A stretch of 64,000 bases of DNA, from the NCBI GenBank assembly GCA_035454605.1, contig DATIGQ010000081.1, forward strand, positions 6,151 through 70,150, in the 5' to 3' direction. Both the position numbers and the translations under genes were made by a program. Under the pieces are notes generated by a model. That model did no database searches and had not been told where the DNA came from. It worked only from the letters and a program-made list of their open reading frames with translations. Within the stretch, counting starts at the first letter, position 1, and each line of letters opens with the position of its first letter. Shown here piece by piece: positions 7,639 through 17,994 of this stretch. Source of the stretch: Terriglobales bacterium (lineage in GTDB: Bacteria; Acidobacteriota; Terriglobia; Terriglobales; Acidobacteriaceae).

Positions 7639-7983
7639 TCAGTGCTTTTTCTTTCTTTTCTTCTTCTTGTCTTTCTTCTTCTTATCTTTTTTCTTTTTGC
7701 CCTTCTTTTTCTTGTCCTTTTTCTTCTTGGCAGCGGCTTTCTTCTTGGCGGCTTTCTTCTTGGCCGCCTTCTTTTTGGCCGGAGCTCTCTTCGGCGGAGC
7801 AGCAGGCGTGGCGGGCACGGATACCACCGTGGCGCCCGAGATCTCGCCCTCGTCGCTCAACTCATCCATCTCTTCCTCTTCTTCCTCTTCGTACTGCTCA
7901 TCGAGGTTGCCGTAGTCGGGCTCACCGAAGTCGTCCATTTCGTCGTTGTCACTGGCGTAGAGGGTCTCGTCGTCGAAGTTCAT
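7639..7983 (-). CDS. Bipolar low-complexity protein with an acidic N-half and a poly-Lys/Ala (histone H1-like) C-half
   Basis: 114 aa: MNFDDETLYASDNDEMDDF...EEEEEEEMDELSDEGE then KKKAAKKKAAKKKAAAKKKKDKKKKGKKKK.... Strong SD (cGGAGGAGacATG). Confidence 0.7.
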   Translation of the reverse strand: MNFDDETLYASDNDEMDDFGEPDYGNLDEQYEEEEEEEMDELSDEGEISGATVVSVPATPAAPPKRAPAKKKAAKKKAAKKKAAAKKKKDKKKKGKKKKDKKKKDKKKKRKKKH

Positions 7984-8121
7984 GTCTCCTCCGAAATGTG
8001 GCCCAACTCGAGCGGACCGGAAGCCATTTGCCGGGCGCGCCGTTTGGAGATCACTCCGAGGTTGGATGCGTCCCGGAGCAGGCGCGGATTATAGCAACAG
8101 AAGGAGGGCTGTCAACCCGGG

Positions 8122-10053
8122 CTAGGGCCCGGAACGGACAATGAGCGTATCGCCGGGATAGAGCTTGGAGGAGGTGAGGCCGTTGGCGCGTTGCAACTCC
8201 GCGACGGTGGTCCCGTAGGCGCTGGCGATGCTGTAGAGAGTCTCGCCGGACCGGACAGTGTGGACCTGCTCCCCTACCCTACCTTTTAACTGTTTGCTGT
8301 TTTTGGACTTAGGTGTGGACGCCGCGGCTTCCCGATACTCCACCGTCACCGGGCGATAGATACGCAAGAGCTGCCCTCGGCGCACATGATTACCACGCAG
8401 ACGGTTCCACTGGCGAAGCTTCTCCAAAGGAACACCGAAGTCGTCCGCGATGGACATGAGGGTGTCGCCTTGGCGGACCTTGTAGTGCACCGGCCGCTTG
8501 GAGAAGACCATGCCCTCCATGTCGCCGGGCAGGCGCTTGCCCGGTGTGACCGGGATGATGAGCTTGGCATCGGCGTAGAGCGCGTCGCCGGTGAGGTTGT
8601 TCACCTTGGCAATGGAATCGGTGGTGGTGCGGTACTTGCGGGCGATGGTGGAAAGGGATTCGCCGCTGGCCACCTTGTGGTAGCGCCACCAGACTCGCAT
8701 GTCGCGGGGGATGGCAGCCATGGCCCGCTCGAAAGTCTCTTTGGTGCCCCAGGGCAGGCGCAGATCGAAGGCGCCTTGGCGCGGCGTAGTCAAGCGCAGC
8801 AAGCCCGGATTGAGGTCTTGCAGAATGCTGACCGGAACGTCAACGGCCTCGGCCGCGAGCCGGAGGTCGAGGGGATAATCCACGGTCACGCGCTCCACCG
8901 CCAGGGGTTGGGCCTCCATGGGCTGGAAGCCGTACGCCCCGGGATTCTTGGCGATGATCATCACTGCCAGGATGATGGGAACATAGTTCTTGGTTTCGCG
9001 AGGCAGGACGTCGCGCTTGTAAAGCTCCCAGAAATCGGCGTAGCCGGTGCGCTCCACGCCTTTCTGCACGTTCAGCGGACCGGAATTGTAAGCGGCGATG
9101 GCTAGGTGCCAGTCGCCGAACTGTTCGTAAAGATCCCGCAGATGCCGGGCAGCGGCGCGCGTGGCCTTCTCCGGGTCCTGCCGCTCATCGATCCACCAGT
9201 TGCGCTGCAGGCCGTACTCGCTGGCGCGAGCCGCCATGAACTGCCACATCCCACGGGCGCCGGCACGCGAGACCGCCAGGGGATGGAAACCGGATTCCGC
9301 CTGAGCCAGATAGATGAGATCCTGCGGCACACCCTCTTCTCGCAGGATGCGCAGGATCGTATCCCGGTAGCGCGCGGCACGCTCCCAGGAATGCTGCATG
9401 GTGTTTCGGCCCTTGTTGGTGTTGCTGAAGTACTCCAGGTAGCTGGCGACGACATCGTTCATCACCAAGGGGATGTCCGACGCAGTGGTGCGCAGGCCGG
9501 CCTCGGCGCGGGCGCGCAGATTGGGATCCACGGGAAAGGTGACCGCGTTGGCTTCGTCAATGGGAGCAGGCTCGGAGTGCTGCTCGGTGAAGCCGTCGCC
9601 CTGCTTGAGCGCCTCCAGTTCCAGGCGGTTCACGGTATCGACGATGCGCTCAAACTCTTCCTCCAGACGGCGATCCGAGCGAGCGTTGACAGGGCCCGTG
9701 AGTAGCAGGTCGAAGGCACGGTCAAAGTGGGCGCGGGCGGCATCCAGGTGGCCGGCGGCATATTCGGCCTGGCCGTCCTGGTATTCCTTGCGGACCTTGG
9801 CCAGCAGGCCTTCCACCGGATCCACGCGCTTCACGGATGCTTCCGGCGCTCGCGCCACAGGCTTGGTGGAAGGCGCGGTATTGGGAGCAGCGGCGGTGGT
9901 TGCCGTTAGAACCGGTGCCTGAGCGCCGCTCGGGGGAACCGCAGCGTCGTGCCGGGAGCTTGTGGTCTCACAACCGGAACCGAGAAGGACCAGTGCCGCC
10001 AGAATCGTGATGGAAAAGAGCCGTTTATGAATAGCCATATCCTCTGGAACCAA
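8122..10053 (-). CDS. mltD: Membrane-bound lytic murein transglycosylase D-like (SLT domain + 3 LysM), lipoprotein
   Basis: SLT motif AESGFHPLAVSRAGARGMWQFM and three C-terminal LysM repeats. Lipobox LLGSGC. Alternative ATG start at 10038. Confidence 0.9.
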   Translation of the reverse strand: MVPEDMAIHKRLFSITILAALVLLGSGCETTSSRHDAAVPPSGAQAPVLTATTAAAPNTAPSTKPVARAPEASVKRVDPVEGLLAKVRKEYQDGQAEYAAGHLDAARAHFDRAFDLLLTGPVNARSDRRLEEEFERIVDTVNRLELEALKQGDGFTEQHSEPAPIDEANAVTFPVDPNLRARAEAGLRTTASDIPLVMNDVVASYLEYFSNTNKGRNTMQHSWERAARYRDTILRILREEGVPQDLIYLAQAESGFHPLAVSRAGARGMWQFMAARASEYGLQRNWWIDERQDPEKATRAAARHLRDLYEQFGDWHLAIAAYNSGPLNVQKGVERTGYADFWELYKRDVLPRETKNYVPIILAVMIIAKNPGAYGFQPMEAQPLAVERVTVDYPLDLRLAAEAVDVPVSILQDLNPGLLRLTTPRQGAFDLRLPWGTKETFERAMAAIPRDMRVWWRYHKVASGESLSTIARKYRTTTDSIAKVNNLTGDALYADAKLIIPVTPGKRLPGDMEGMVFSKRPVHYKVRQGDTLMSIADDFGVPLEKLRQWNRLRGNHVRRGQLLRIYRPVTVEYREAAASTPKSKNSKQLKGRVGEQVHTVRSGETLYSIASAYGTTVAELQRANGLTSSKLYPGDTLIVRSGP

Positions 10054-10201
10054 CAGGGGATTAGACGCTCCAGCAGACCAAGCGTCGTCAGAGGCTGGTG
10101 AATCGTACTATGCAGTTACAAAGAGGGTCAACGGAACCGGAGGCCAGTGTACTGCCGGAGTCACCCCTTGCCGGGTGGCCCACCCGGCCGGCAGACATTA
10201 C

Positions 10202-10240
10202 GCCAAAACGAACGAAGGTCCCGGTGTTGCCACCGGGACC
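10202..10240 (-). terminator. Rho-independent terminator downstream of the TonB-dependent receptor
   Basis: ggtcccggtg-ttgc-caccgggacc (10-bp stem), followed on the minus strand by ttcgttcgttttgg. Confidence 0.6.
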
Positions 10241-10255
10241 TCCAGGATTCCCAAC

Positions 10256-13200
10256 CTACCAGGAAAGCTTCAGCGCGAACTGGAACTGGCGCGGGTCGAA
10301 GGCGGACGTGGGCGTTCCCGCCTGGGAGAACAGCACATTGACGTCGGCGACGTTGAAGCGGTTGGGGAGGTTGAAGATATCCATGATCGCATCCAGTTTC
10401 ACGCGCTCGCTGAAGTGGATGCGGCGGGCTACGCGCAGGTCGGTGAAGATGGTGTAAGGACGGGTGCCGGCGTTGCGCGAGGTGTTGCCGACCAGAGGAA
10501 GAGTTGCTCCGCTGTCGGTGAAAATGCCATCGATGTGGCAGGCGGGAATAAACGCTCCCGCGCTGGAGTACTGGGAAGGCACGGCCACGTCGCCACACAG
10601 GTTGGTGGTGCCCGGGGCGACCTGCAGGGGACGGTCGGTGTTGGAGCCGAAGTCGAAGTTGCGGTCACTGCCCACCAGAATCAAAAACGGCCGTCCGGAA
10701 CTGATTTCCAGGATGGGAGCCACGGTCCAGTCGCTGAAGAACCTGGACCAGAATCCGCCGCCACCCAGCCGGCCGGACTGATACACACCGCTGAACACGA
10801 AGCGATGCCGCTGGTCAAAGGTGGAATTGGAGCGCTCGAGGTCCGGAAAACGGGCGTCCTGTGGCTGGAGAAGCGACTGCAGGTCGGTGGAATCGTCGAT
10901 GGCGTGTGACCAGGTGTAGGACGCCAGGAACTCGTACTTGCGGCTGAAGCGCTTTTTCAAATTCACAGTCATGCCGTGGTAGACGGAGCTGCCGCTGGAA
11001 ACATTCGAGTTCATGAAGTTGAAGGGCACGTCTACGCCCAGGCCGAGGCCGAATTCGGCCATCACGGCCGCGGCCAACGGCAAGCAAGGCGCCAACGGCG
11101 GAAAAGCAGCCAGGGAAGGATTCAGCCCCGAGATGCGGAAGAAGCTGACCAGGGCAGCCGGCACGAACGGGCGGCCCAACGGATCGAGTCCACAGGTGGA
11201 AACTTGCACCGGGAGAGTGGCCGGGGCGGCGGCACCCGCTGCCACAGCACGCTCCCAATTGGCAATCAGCGCTTCCGTATTCGGAGGGTTGATATCGATG
11301 GAGCGGTTCAGGTGACGTCCACCGACAAAGTTGTAGTTGACGCTCAGCGCGAAGTCGTGGCCCAGGTCGCGCTCCACAGATAGGCTGGCTTGGTTGCTAT
11401 AGCCGTACTTGAACCGGCTGCTGATCGGGAAGCCGAAAGGCTGCACCGCCAGGGGCACGCCGGCGGTCAGGTAGTTCTGGTTGACAAACAGGGAGTTGGA
11501 GTTCAGGCCCTCAAAGCGCGCTTCATCCTGGATGTAGTTGATGCCTCCCAGCACGGCCGGGGGTACACAGTTGGGCAGCGTGAGCGTTCCCTGCCACACA
11601 TTGGTGGCATTCAGGTTGAGCGGATTGGCCACGCCGGCACCGGTGCAAGGACTGCCACCGAACAACACGATGCCCGGCGCTTGCGCGCCGTCCGCTACCT
11701 GCGACAGGAACGCCAGGCCCACCAGCGGGTGGTCGAAGAACAGCCCGTAATTGGCGCGGATCACGGTCTTGCCGTCCTTCCAGGGGTCCCAGGCAATGCC
11801 GATCCGCGGAGCGATGTTGTTGGTGTCCATCGGTATGCCCTGCGTGATGTTCAGGGCATTCTGAGCCGCGTCCGCGAGGGGATTCAGCGCCGCCTCTTCC
11901 GGTGTCCATTCCACGTCATAGCGCACCCCGATGTTCAGGGTGAAATTGGGCTTGATGCGCCAGGAATCCTGCAGAAACACGCCCAGCGAGGTAATCGTTT
12001 CCGCATAATGCGGATCGCCCACTTGCTGGATGAACACTTGCGGGATACCGAGTCCGTAGGCCTGGACCGGCGAGAAGTTAGGAAAACCGGCAAAGAGTGG
12101 AGACAAAGAAGTAGCGCCCAGCGAACCGATGTTGTACAGGCCGCCGAAGTTCACGGTGAAATCGGCGTCCACGGGGACACGATTGATGTCGGCGCCGAAC
12201 TTGATGTTGTGGTTGCCCTTCAGGATGGAGAAGTTGTCGGTGAACTGGTAGCGCTTCTCCACGCGGTCGGCGAAGGAGAACGGCTCGCGGCCGAAGAAGG
12301 CGAAGCCCGGAATGTTGAAGGCAACCTGGCCGCCATCGGGATTGGTCCCCGAGTCGCCTGGGAGAGGCGGCGGGGTGTCCCCCTGTCGCGAAAAGGTGTA
12401 GAGCAGGCCGCGCCGCGCGAACTGGAAGCGGAACTCGTTCACCTTGTTGCTGCCAATCAGCCAGGTGTGCTGTGCGATCACGTTGACGTCCCGAAAGTCC
12501 TGCGCCGAGGTGCGAGAGAAGGCGTTCTGCCCGAAGTTCTGGTTCTGCGCGTTTACCTGGATTCCGGTCACCGAACTGGGGCTCACGTTCACCCGCAAAA
12601 GGGCCGTCTGATTGGCGTTGAAGCGATGGTCCAGCCGCATCGCGACCACGGTAGTGCCTTCCGAAATCGGATAGTTGCCGACCAGCGTCTGCAACGGCAC
12701 AAAGTCGCCGTTGAGGGGGATACCGGTGGAAGCGAAACAGGTCCCTGGAGTCGGAGTGGGGAAGACGCAGGGAGCCGCGAGCAAGCCGGGCCACACGCCG
12801 TCGATGGCGGCGCCGGAGGACCGTCCTACCAGTGCGGCATAGGCCATGGTGAGGGCATTAACCGGTGCTCCGCCTAGAAACGCCGCTTGAGCCGGAGTCG
12901 CCTGGATGGATACGAATCCCGGGGGAGCTCCAAAAAACGCCGAGGCGTCAAATGGCACCAGGCCGAAGTTGTCGGAACCGACGGTGGAAAAACCCGACTC
13001 CTGCCGGCGGGTGGTCTCATACGAGAAGAAGAAGAAGGTCTTGTCCTTCTTGATAGGCCCACCCAGGGTCGCGCCCGCCTGCACCCGCGTGAATGCCGGG
13101 TTCGCCACGGTGGTGAAAGGATTGTCGGCCTGGATGTCGCGATGGCGCAGATAGCCGAACAGGTTCCCGTGCAGCGCGTTGGTGCCCGAGCGCGTGATGA

Positions 13201-13927
13201 TGTTCACCACTCCGCCGGAGGCGCGACCGTACTCGGCGTTGTAGCCGTTGGTGATGATTTGGAACTCCTGCACCGCTTCCTGGGAAACAGTCGAGCGGAT
13301 GCCGTTGACCGAGTTGTCCACCGCATCGGCTCCGTCCACGTTGACCAGGTTGGAGCGGGCGCGTTGTCCGCCGAAATTCAGGCCCGAGGTTGGGGCCACA
13401 CCGATGCTGGGCGCGGTGTCGCGCTTCACCTGGGAATTGGTGAGGGTGAAGTTGATGTAGTTCCGGCCGTTGATGGGGAGGTTCTCGATGCTCTGCTGCA
13501 CGATCGTGGTCGAGCCGGAGCTGCGCGTGGTTTCCACCAGTTCCGTCTCGGCGGTGACTTCCACCACCGCTTCCGCGCCTGCCACTCTGAGCGAAACCGG
13601 CAGCTCGGCAGACTGGCCGATGGTCAGCACCACGCCGGTGTTCACCAGCTTGGCGAAGCCTTTAGCCTCGACCGTCAGCGAGTAACGGCCGGGCGGCACC
13701 AACAGGAACTGATAGACACCTTCATCGTCGCTGATGGTCATGCGCTCGAAGGCTCGTGCCTCGTCCCGCAGCGCCACTTGGGCGCCGGCAACCACGGCGC
13801 CGTTCGGATCCGTCACCGTGCCGGAGAGATCAGCAGTCGCAACGCCCTGCGCCCAGAGCTGGGTTGTCATGAGCGCAAACAGGAAAAACCGGAAGGCAAA
13901 CTTTGTGGCAGTCCTCATCGGCCTCAC
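10256..13927 (-). CDS. TonB-dependent receptor with N-terminal carboxypeptidase-regulatory-like domain (1223 aa)
   Basis: Signal peptide, then GTVTDPNGAVVAGAQVALRDE (CarboxypepD_reg), plug (ENLPINGRNYINF), and a C-terminal barrel ending ...FQFALKLSW. Confidence 0.9.
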   Translation of the reverse strand: MRPMRTATKFAFRFFLFALMTTQLWAQGVATADLSGTVTDPNGAVVAGAQVALRDEARAFERMTISDDEGVYQFLLVPPGRYSLTVEAKGFAKLVNTGVVLTIGQSAELPVSLRVAGAEAVVEVTAETELVETTRSSGSTTIVQQSIENLPINGRNYINFTLTNSQVKRDTAPSIGVAPTSGLNFGGQRARSNLVNVDGADAVDNSVNGIRSTVSQEAVQEFQIITNGYNAEYGRASGGVVNIITRSGTNALHGNLFGYLRHRDIQADNPFTTVANPAFTRVQAGATLGGPIKKDKTFFFFSYETTRRQESGFSTVGSDNFGLVPFDASAFFGAPPGFVSIQATPAQAAFLGGAPVNALTMAYAALVGRSSGAAIDGVWPGLLAAPCVFPTPTPGTCFASTGIPLNGDFVPLQTLVGNYPISEGTTVVAMRLDHRFNANQTALLRVNVSPSSVTGIQVNAQNQNFGQNAFSRTSAQDFRDVNVIAQHTWLIGSNKVNEFRFQFARRGLLYTFSRQGDTPPPLPGDSGTNPDGGQVAFNIPGFAFFGREPFSFADRVEKRYQFTDNFSILKGNHNIKFGADINRVPVDADFTVNFGGLYNIGSLGATSLSPLFAGFPNFSPVQAYGLGIPQVFIQQVGDPHYAETITSLGVFLQDSWRIKPNFTLNIGVRYDVEWTPEEAALNPLADAAQNALNITQGIPMDTNNIAPRIGIAWDPWKDGKTVIRANYGLFFDHPLVGLAFLSQVADGAQAPGIVLFGGSPCTGAGVANPLNLNATNVWQGTLTLPNCVPPAVLGGINYIQDEARFEGLNSNSLFVNQNYLTAGVPLAVQPFGFPISSRFKYGYSNQASLSVERDLGHDFALSVNYNFVGGRHLNRSIDINPPNTEALIANWERAVAAGAAAPATLPVQVSTCGLDPLGRPFVPAALVSFFRISGLNPSLAAFPPLAPCLPLAAAVMAEFGLGLGVDVPFNFMNSNVSSGSSVYHGMTVNLKKRFSRKYEFLASYTWSHAIDDSTDLQSLLQPQDARFPDLERSNSTFDQRHRFVFSGVYQSGRLGGGGFWSRFFSDWTVAPILEISSGRPFLILVGSDRNFDFGSNTDRPLQVAPGTTNLCGDVAVPSQYSSAGAFIPACHIDGIFTDSGATLPLVGNTSRNAGTRPYTIFTDLRVARRIHFSERVKLDAIMDIFNLPNRFNVADVNVLFSQAGTPTSAFDPRQFQFALKLSW

Positions 13928-14063
13928 CCCTCAGCTTCCCGCGGAGCCACGCCCCCTGCTTCTGGACGGGAAGCGGGCAACTTGTACATCAGAAGCAGCC
14001 GAAAAGGCAAGCAAGACAAGGAGATGACAGGGACAGCAGGAACCACCGCGGGCACTGCACGGC

Positions 14064-14981
14064 CTAGGAGCGCTGGATGCCCACTGCTTCTTCCGCAACC
14101 CTGCGGATAGCCCATGCCATGCGCGGCGTGTTGTGCGCCAGGCCGAAGCGGCCCTGGGCGTCGAGCAGAATGATGCCTCCGTGGCCGCCCGCGCGGGTCT
14201 TCAAGTGCTCCATGGCCAGGGCCGCGGCGCGCTCCGGGGCCACGCCCTGTTCGACCCGGTCCGCCGCCCACTTGCCGAGCACGAGCTTCATGATGGGCTC
14301 GCCCCAGCCGGTAGTGGAAACGGCTGCGCTCTGATTGTCGGCGTAGCACCCGCACCCGATGAGGGAGGAATCGCCCACGCGCCCCGGCGCCTTGGCCAGC
14401 GTTCCGCCCGTGGAGGTGGCCGCGGCCAGATTCCCCAGGGAGTCGCAGGCCACGGCGCCCACCGTATCGTGGGAGACCGCGGATCCGAACAGGTCTACGG
14501 TCTCGCCATTGGCTGCCTGCGCTTTGAAGTCCTCAAGCCGGCGGACCTCGCGCGGCACCACCAGCTCACGGTTGTCGCAGAGAGGGATGCCGTGCTCTTC
14601 TGCGAACTGCTCGGCGCCTTCTCCGACAAGATAAACATGGGGACTCTCATCCAACACCTTGCGCGCGACGTGGATGGGATTGCGAACGCGCTCCACGCAG
14701 CCCACGCCTCCGGCGCGGAGGGTGGCGCCATCCATCAGGATGGCGTCCAGCTGCACGCGGCCGTCGCGGGTGAGGAAGCTGCCGCGCCCGGAGTCGAAGG
14801 TCTCATCGTCCTCCATGACTGCGACCGCCACCTCGACGGCATCCAGGGCAGAGCCGCCACGGGTCAGTACGCTCCAGCCCTCGGCCGCGGCGCGCCGCAC
14901 CCCCGCGATGTGCGCTTCGACCACGTCGTCGGGGATCGCCCAGGCGCCGCCATGAACCACCAGGACTGGCGGCCTACTCAC
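14064..14981 (-). CDS. iaaA: Isoaspartyl peptidase / L-asparaginase (Ntn-hydrolase, Asparaginase_2)
   Basis: VVHGGAW..., nucleophile motif HDTVGAVA, GWGE. GTG start. Confidence 0.85.
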   Translation of the reverse strand: MSRPPVLVVHGGAWAIPDDVVEAHIAGVRRAAAEGWSVLTRGGSALDAVEVAVAVMEDDETFDSGRGSFLTRDGRVQLDAILMDGATLRAGGVGCVERVRNPIHVARKVLDESPHVYLVGEGAEQFAEEHGIPLCDNRELVVPREVRRLEDFKAQAANGETVDLFGSAVSHDTVGAVACDSLGNLAAATSTGGTLAKAPGRVGDSSLIGCGCYADNQSAAVSTTGWGEPIMKLVLGKWAADRVEQGVAPERAAALAMEHLKTRAGGHGGIILLDAQGRFGLAHNTPRMAWAIRRVAEEAVGIQRS

Positions 14982-16665
14982 GGTCGAGCCTCTTCACTGC
15001 GTCGGCCAGTCCCAGGTATTCCCATCGCTGCAGGCTAATGGGCACATTTCCGTTCTTCCACAAGAAGTCGTGGAAGTCGCGCAGGCGGAAATCGGAGCCC
15101 TTGCTGCGTCGCGCAGCGGCCAGGAACTCCAGAATCTGCAACTTGCCGATCTGGTAGGTGATCGCCTGTCCCGGCCCGGCCGCGAAGGCCGCGGCTTCCT
15201 CGTGCGCTGTCTGCGCATCCATAGGGACCGCCGTCTTTAGATACTCGGCTGCCTGCTCGATGGAGAATTCGCCCAGGGCCAATTTCACATCTACTTCGAC
15301 GCGCAAGGCGCGCAGCCGCATGAAGTTGTAAATGATTTCGCGTGTCCGCGGACTGTCGTCGAAGTAGCCGGCCTGCAGCATCATTTCTTCCCCGTAGAAA
15401 CCCAGGCCTTCGTTCGGACCGGAATCGTAAAAGTGCCGGCGAATCGCATCCTCGTGCGCCCAGCTCAACACAAGCTGGAAGTAGTGCCCCGGCACGCCCT
15501 CATGCACCAGGATGGGGCGCGGATCGCGGGCGGTAGACAAGCCGAAATAGCCCAGGTTCGGCGAAGGCTGGCGGATGTAACTAACGCCGTTCTCCTCCAG
15601 TCGCGTGGGCGAGGTGTGGTCGGCAGTCACGCCCAGGAACGACATCGGCTCAAGATATGGGGGCAGGGGCAGGTTGCGGTAGTGCTTCACCCACGACGGA
15701 ACGCTCAGAATCCCTTTCTCCTCGAGGAACCGGCGCACGGCCAGCTCGTCATGTTCCTCCCGTTCCATCTGCGCCTTCTGGTCGGGAAAAATGGAGAGCT
15801 GCGGCAGGCCCTGATTGCGCTGCTGCTCGTAGGCTTCGAATGAAACGGCGCGGTCCCACTCCTGCCTGCCCATGGCCAGAAGCTCCTCCGGAGTGAACGG
15901 AACCAGGGCTACCTGCCTGAGGAAGAACACGTAGGCCTCACGGCCGACCGCTGTCTGTTCCGGCATCTGCGGCAGGCCCTGCTTGAGCCATTCGCGGTAG
16001 GCCTCCAACGCTGCCACGGCCTTCTCCATTACATCGGGCAACTCACTTGCGCTTGCAGGATCGAGCAGGGGCCGAAGCTCTCGCTGCACCGTCCCCAGAC
16101 GGACCCGAACATCCGCCAATGCCGCAATGGCCAGCCGGGCAAAGGGCGCCTGGGGTTGGTCGAGATTCACACGCGCATGTGCAAGGGTCTGCGGAATCAC
16201 TTTCAGACGCCCTACGATCACCCGGCTGCGGGCGGTATCGAAGGGCGGAGGCGGCAGCAAGGGCTCGAAGACGCTGCCCAACGTCTGGTCCACATAAAAG
16301 TAGGGGTTGTGCCGCCAGCGCTGCAGGATTTCCAGCTCCCAACGCACCCGGGCCTGCGCCGAACCGATCAGCCGATAGTCCACCTGCTGCGCTACCGGCC
16401 AGCCGTTCGCATCCATCTGCTTCCAGCGCCGCTCGAAGCCCTCCAGAGCACGCCCCTGTTCCGCAATGCTCGCGGGCGACCAGTCCGGCAGCCAGTCCGC
16501 CGGACGCTCGATCCGCGGAATGTCGTCGCCGGAAAAAGGCTGCGTCCTCGCGCGCCAGGCCCAGAAGTCCTTTGCCAGCGCCTCCAGTGTTTCTGGGGAG
16601 GACGAGGCAGTTGCGGTCGCCGGCAGGCACAGCCATAACGCCAGGCAAACGGCTAGAGCCCTCAT
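14974..16665 (-). CDS. DUF885-family secreted protein (putative metallopeptidase-like)
   Basis: HEGVPGHYFQ motif and ~560 aa size. ATG at 16665 has GAGGG upstream and gives signal MRALAVCLALWLCLPATATA. An alternative start at 16713 overlaps the upstream stop (ATGA). Confidence 0.8.
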   Translation of the reverse strand: MRALAVCLALWLCLPATATASSSPETLEALAKDFWAWRARTQPFSGDDIPRIERPADWLPDWSPASIAEQGRALEGFERRWKQMDANGWPVAQQVDYRLIGSAQARVRWELEILQRWRHNPYFYVDQTLGSVFEPLLPPPPFDTARSRVIVGRLKVIPQTLAHARVNLDQPQAPFARLAIAALADVRVRLGTVQRELRPLLDPASASELPDVMEKAVAALEAYREWLKQGLPQMPEQTAVGREAYVFFLRQVALVPFTPEELLAMGRQEWDRAVSFEAYEQQRNQGLPQLSIFPDQKAQMEREEHDELAVRRFLEEKGILSVPSWVKHYRNLPLPPYLEPMSFLGVTADHTSPTRLEENGVSYIRQPSPNLGYFGLSTARDPRPILVHEGVPGHYFQLVLSWAHEDAIRRHFYDSGPNEGLGFYGEEMMLQAGYFDDSPRTREIIYNFMRLRALRVEVDVKLALGEFSIEQAAEYLKTAVPMDAQTAHEEAAAFAAGPGQAITYQIGKLQILEFLAAARRSKGSDFRLRDFHDFLWKNGNVPISLQRWEYLGLADAVKRLDRE

Positions 16666-16709
16666 TCGATTACCCTCAGAGCAGGGAGGACAACCGGCGG
16701 TGCCGTGTT

Positions 16710-17342
16710 TCATGCCGCTTCGCTGGTACGCACGGCCTCAGCTTGCCGGGTCTTCTGGTAGGTATAAAGAATCCGGTGCAACACCGTGATGTTCGAGAGC
16801 ACGGCGATCACCCACAGCACCGGCGCCATGCGGTTGAAGAGCGCTCCCAGAATCACCAGCACCAGCCGTTCGGGCCGCTCCAGAAAGCCCACTTTGCATT
16901 CGCCGATCAAGGACTCGGCCCGTGCCCGGGTGTAGCTGACCATCACGGATCCGGTCATTACCACCGCCACCAGCACAACGTAGAAGAACCGGTTGGCCCG
17001 GGCGTAGTACACCAGCAGTCCGAAAAACAACGCCAGATCGCCATACCGGTCCAGCACCGAGTCGTAGAAGGCGCCAAAAGGAGTCACCTGGTTCTTGGCG
17101 CGCGCGATGCGCCCATCCACCATGTCCAGAAAGCCAGCCAGGATCACTACCAGGCCGGCGGAACGGAACATGGCTGCCTGGTTCTCGCCCGAGGCATAGC
17201 CGAACAGCACCGCCGCGACTACCGTCACCACCAGGCCCAGGAAGGTATAGGTGTTGGGAGAAATCCGGGTCAAGGCCAGGCTCTGGATGATCGCCTGCAG
17301 CAGTACCCGGCACGCACTTCCGACCGCCGCCGTCCAGCTCAT
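16710..17342 (-). CDS. CDP-alcohol phosphatidyltransferase family protein
   Basis: Motif DMVDGRIARAKNQVTPFGAFYDSVLDRYGD matches D-x2-DG-x2-AR...G-x3-D-x3-D. Multi-TM. Confidence 0.85.
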   Translation of the reverse strand: MSWTAAVGSACRVLLQAIIQSLALTRISPNTYTFLGLVVTVVAAVLFGYASGENQAAMFRSAGLVVILAGFLDMVDGRIARAKNQVTPFGAFYDSVLDRYGDLALFFGLLVYYARANRFFYVVLVAVVMTGSVMVSYTRARAESLIGECKVGFLERPERLVLVILGALFNRMAPVLWVIAVLSNITVLHRILYTYQKTRQAEAVRTSEAA

Positions 17343-17812
17343 GACGCCCCGTCGTGAATGGTGGTCAACTTCAGGATTTCCATCTCCCTCTGGCCGGCGG
17401 GAGTCACCACCACCGCGGTGTCGCCGACTTTCTTTCCCATCAGGCTCCGTCCAATAGGAGACGTGGTCGAGATAAGTCCCTTTTCCACATCGGATTCCTC
17501 GCTGGTCACCAGCCGGAACTCCATCTCCTGGTTACGGGTCTGGTCGTAGACCACCACTCGAGAGCCGAAGGCCACGCGATCCTTGGGGATGTTGTTCAGA
17601 TTTACCAGCGACAGGTCGGCCAGACGCTTCTTGAGTTGCCCCAGCCTGGCGCGGACAAACTCCTGGCGCTGCTTCGCCATGTGATACTCGGCGTTTTCGG
17701 TGAGGTCGCCCATGGCGACCGCTTTCTTCAGCTCCTTGGGAAGCTCGTTATTCAGTTCATACTCGAGCGTTTGAATCTCTTCTTCCAGCTTCCTGCGGAT
17801 CTGTTCTGGCAT
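17339..17812 (-). CDS. greA: Transcription elongation factor GreA
   Basis: 158 aa from the internal ATG. GDLTENAEYHMAKQ and ISTTSPIGRSLMGKKVGD. Confidence 0.9.
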   Translation of the reverse strand: MPEQIRRKLEEEIQTLEYELNNELPKELKKAVAMGDLTENAEYHMAKQRQEFVRARLGQLKKRLADLSLVNLNNIPKDRVAFGSRVVVYDQTRNQEMEFRLVTSEESDVEKGLISTTSPIGRSLMGKKVGDTAVVVTPAGQREMEILKLTTIHDGAS

Positions 17813-17994
17813 GGCAACCTGAGCGGTGTCCCACCGGCGGCACGGGCCCGCGTTTCCCGGCCCTAGCTCGCGGCCATTATAAACCCCCGGTCTCGAACCA
17901 ACCGTCTCGGCGTGCCGTTCCATACTGCCGTCTGGGATTAAGGAGCTCTAACCGTTAATTGCTTACGCTTGTATTACTTGGGACACACACTTCA

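Noticed and set aside
1-8100. Calling the left end of the window a prophage or integrative element.
   Set aside because: I could recognise no integrase, recombinase, att-like direct repeats, tRNA target, or capsid, terminase or tail-tube genes. Only the switch and a tailspike-like gene are phage-like, so it is reported as a hypothesis rather than annotated as a mobile element.
7360-8144. Plus-strand ORFs with poly-Phe/Leu/Ser tracts (FFFLFFFLSFFF...).
   Set aside because: They are the mirror image of the Lys-rich tract of the minus-strand gene 7639-7983, which has a strong SD and a coherent acidic/basic architecture.
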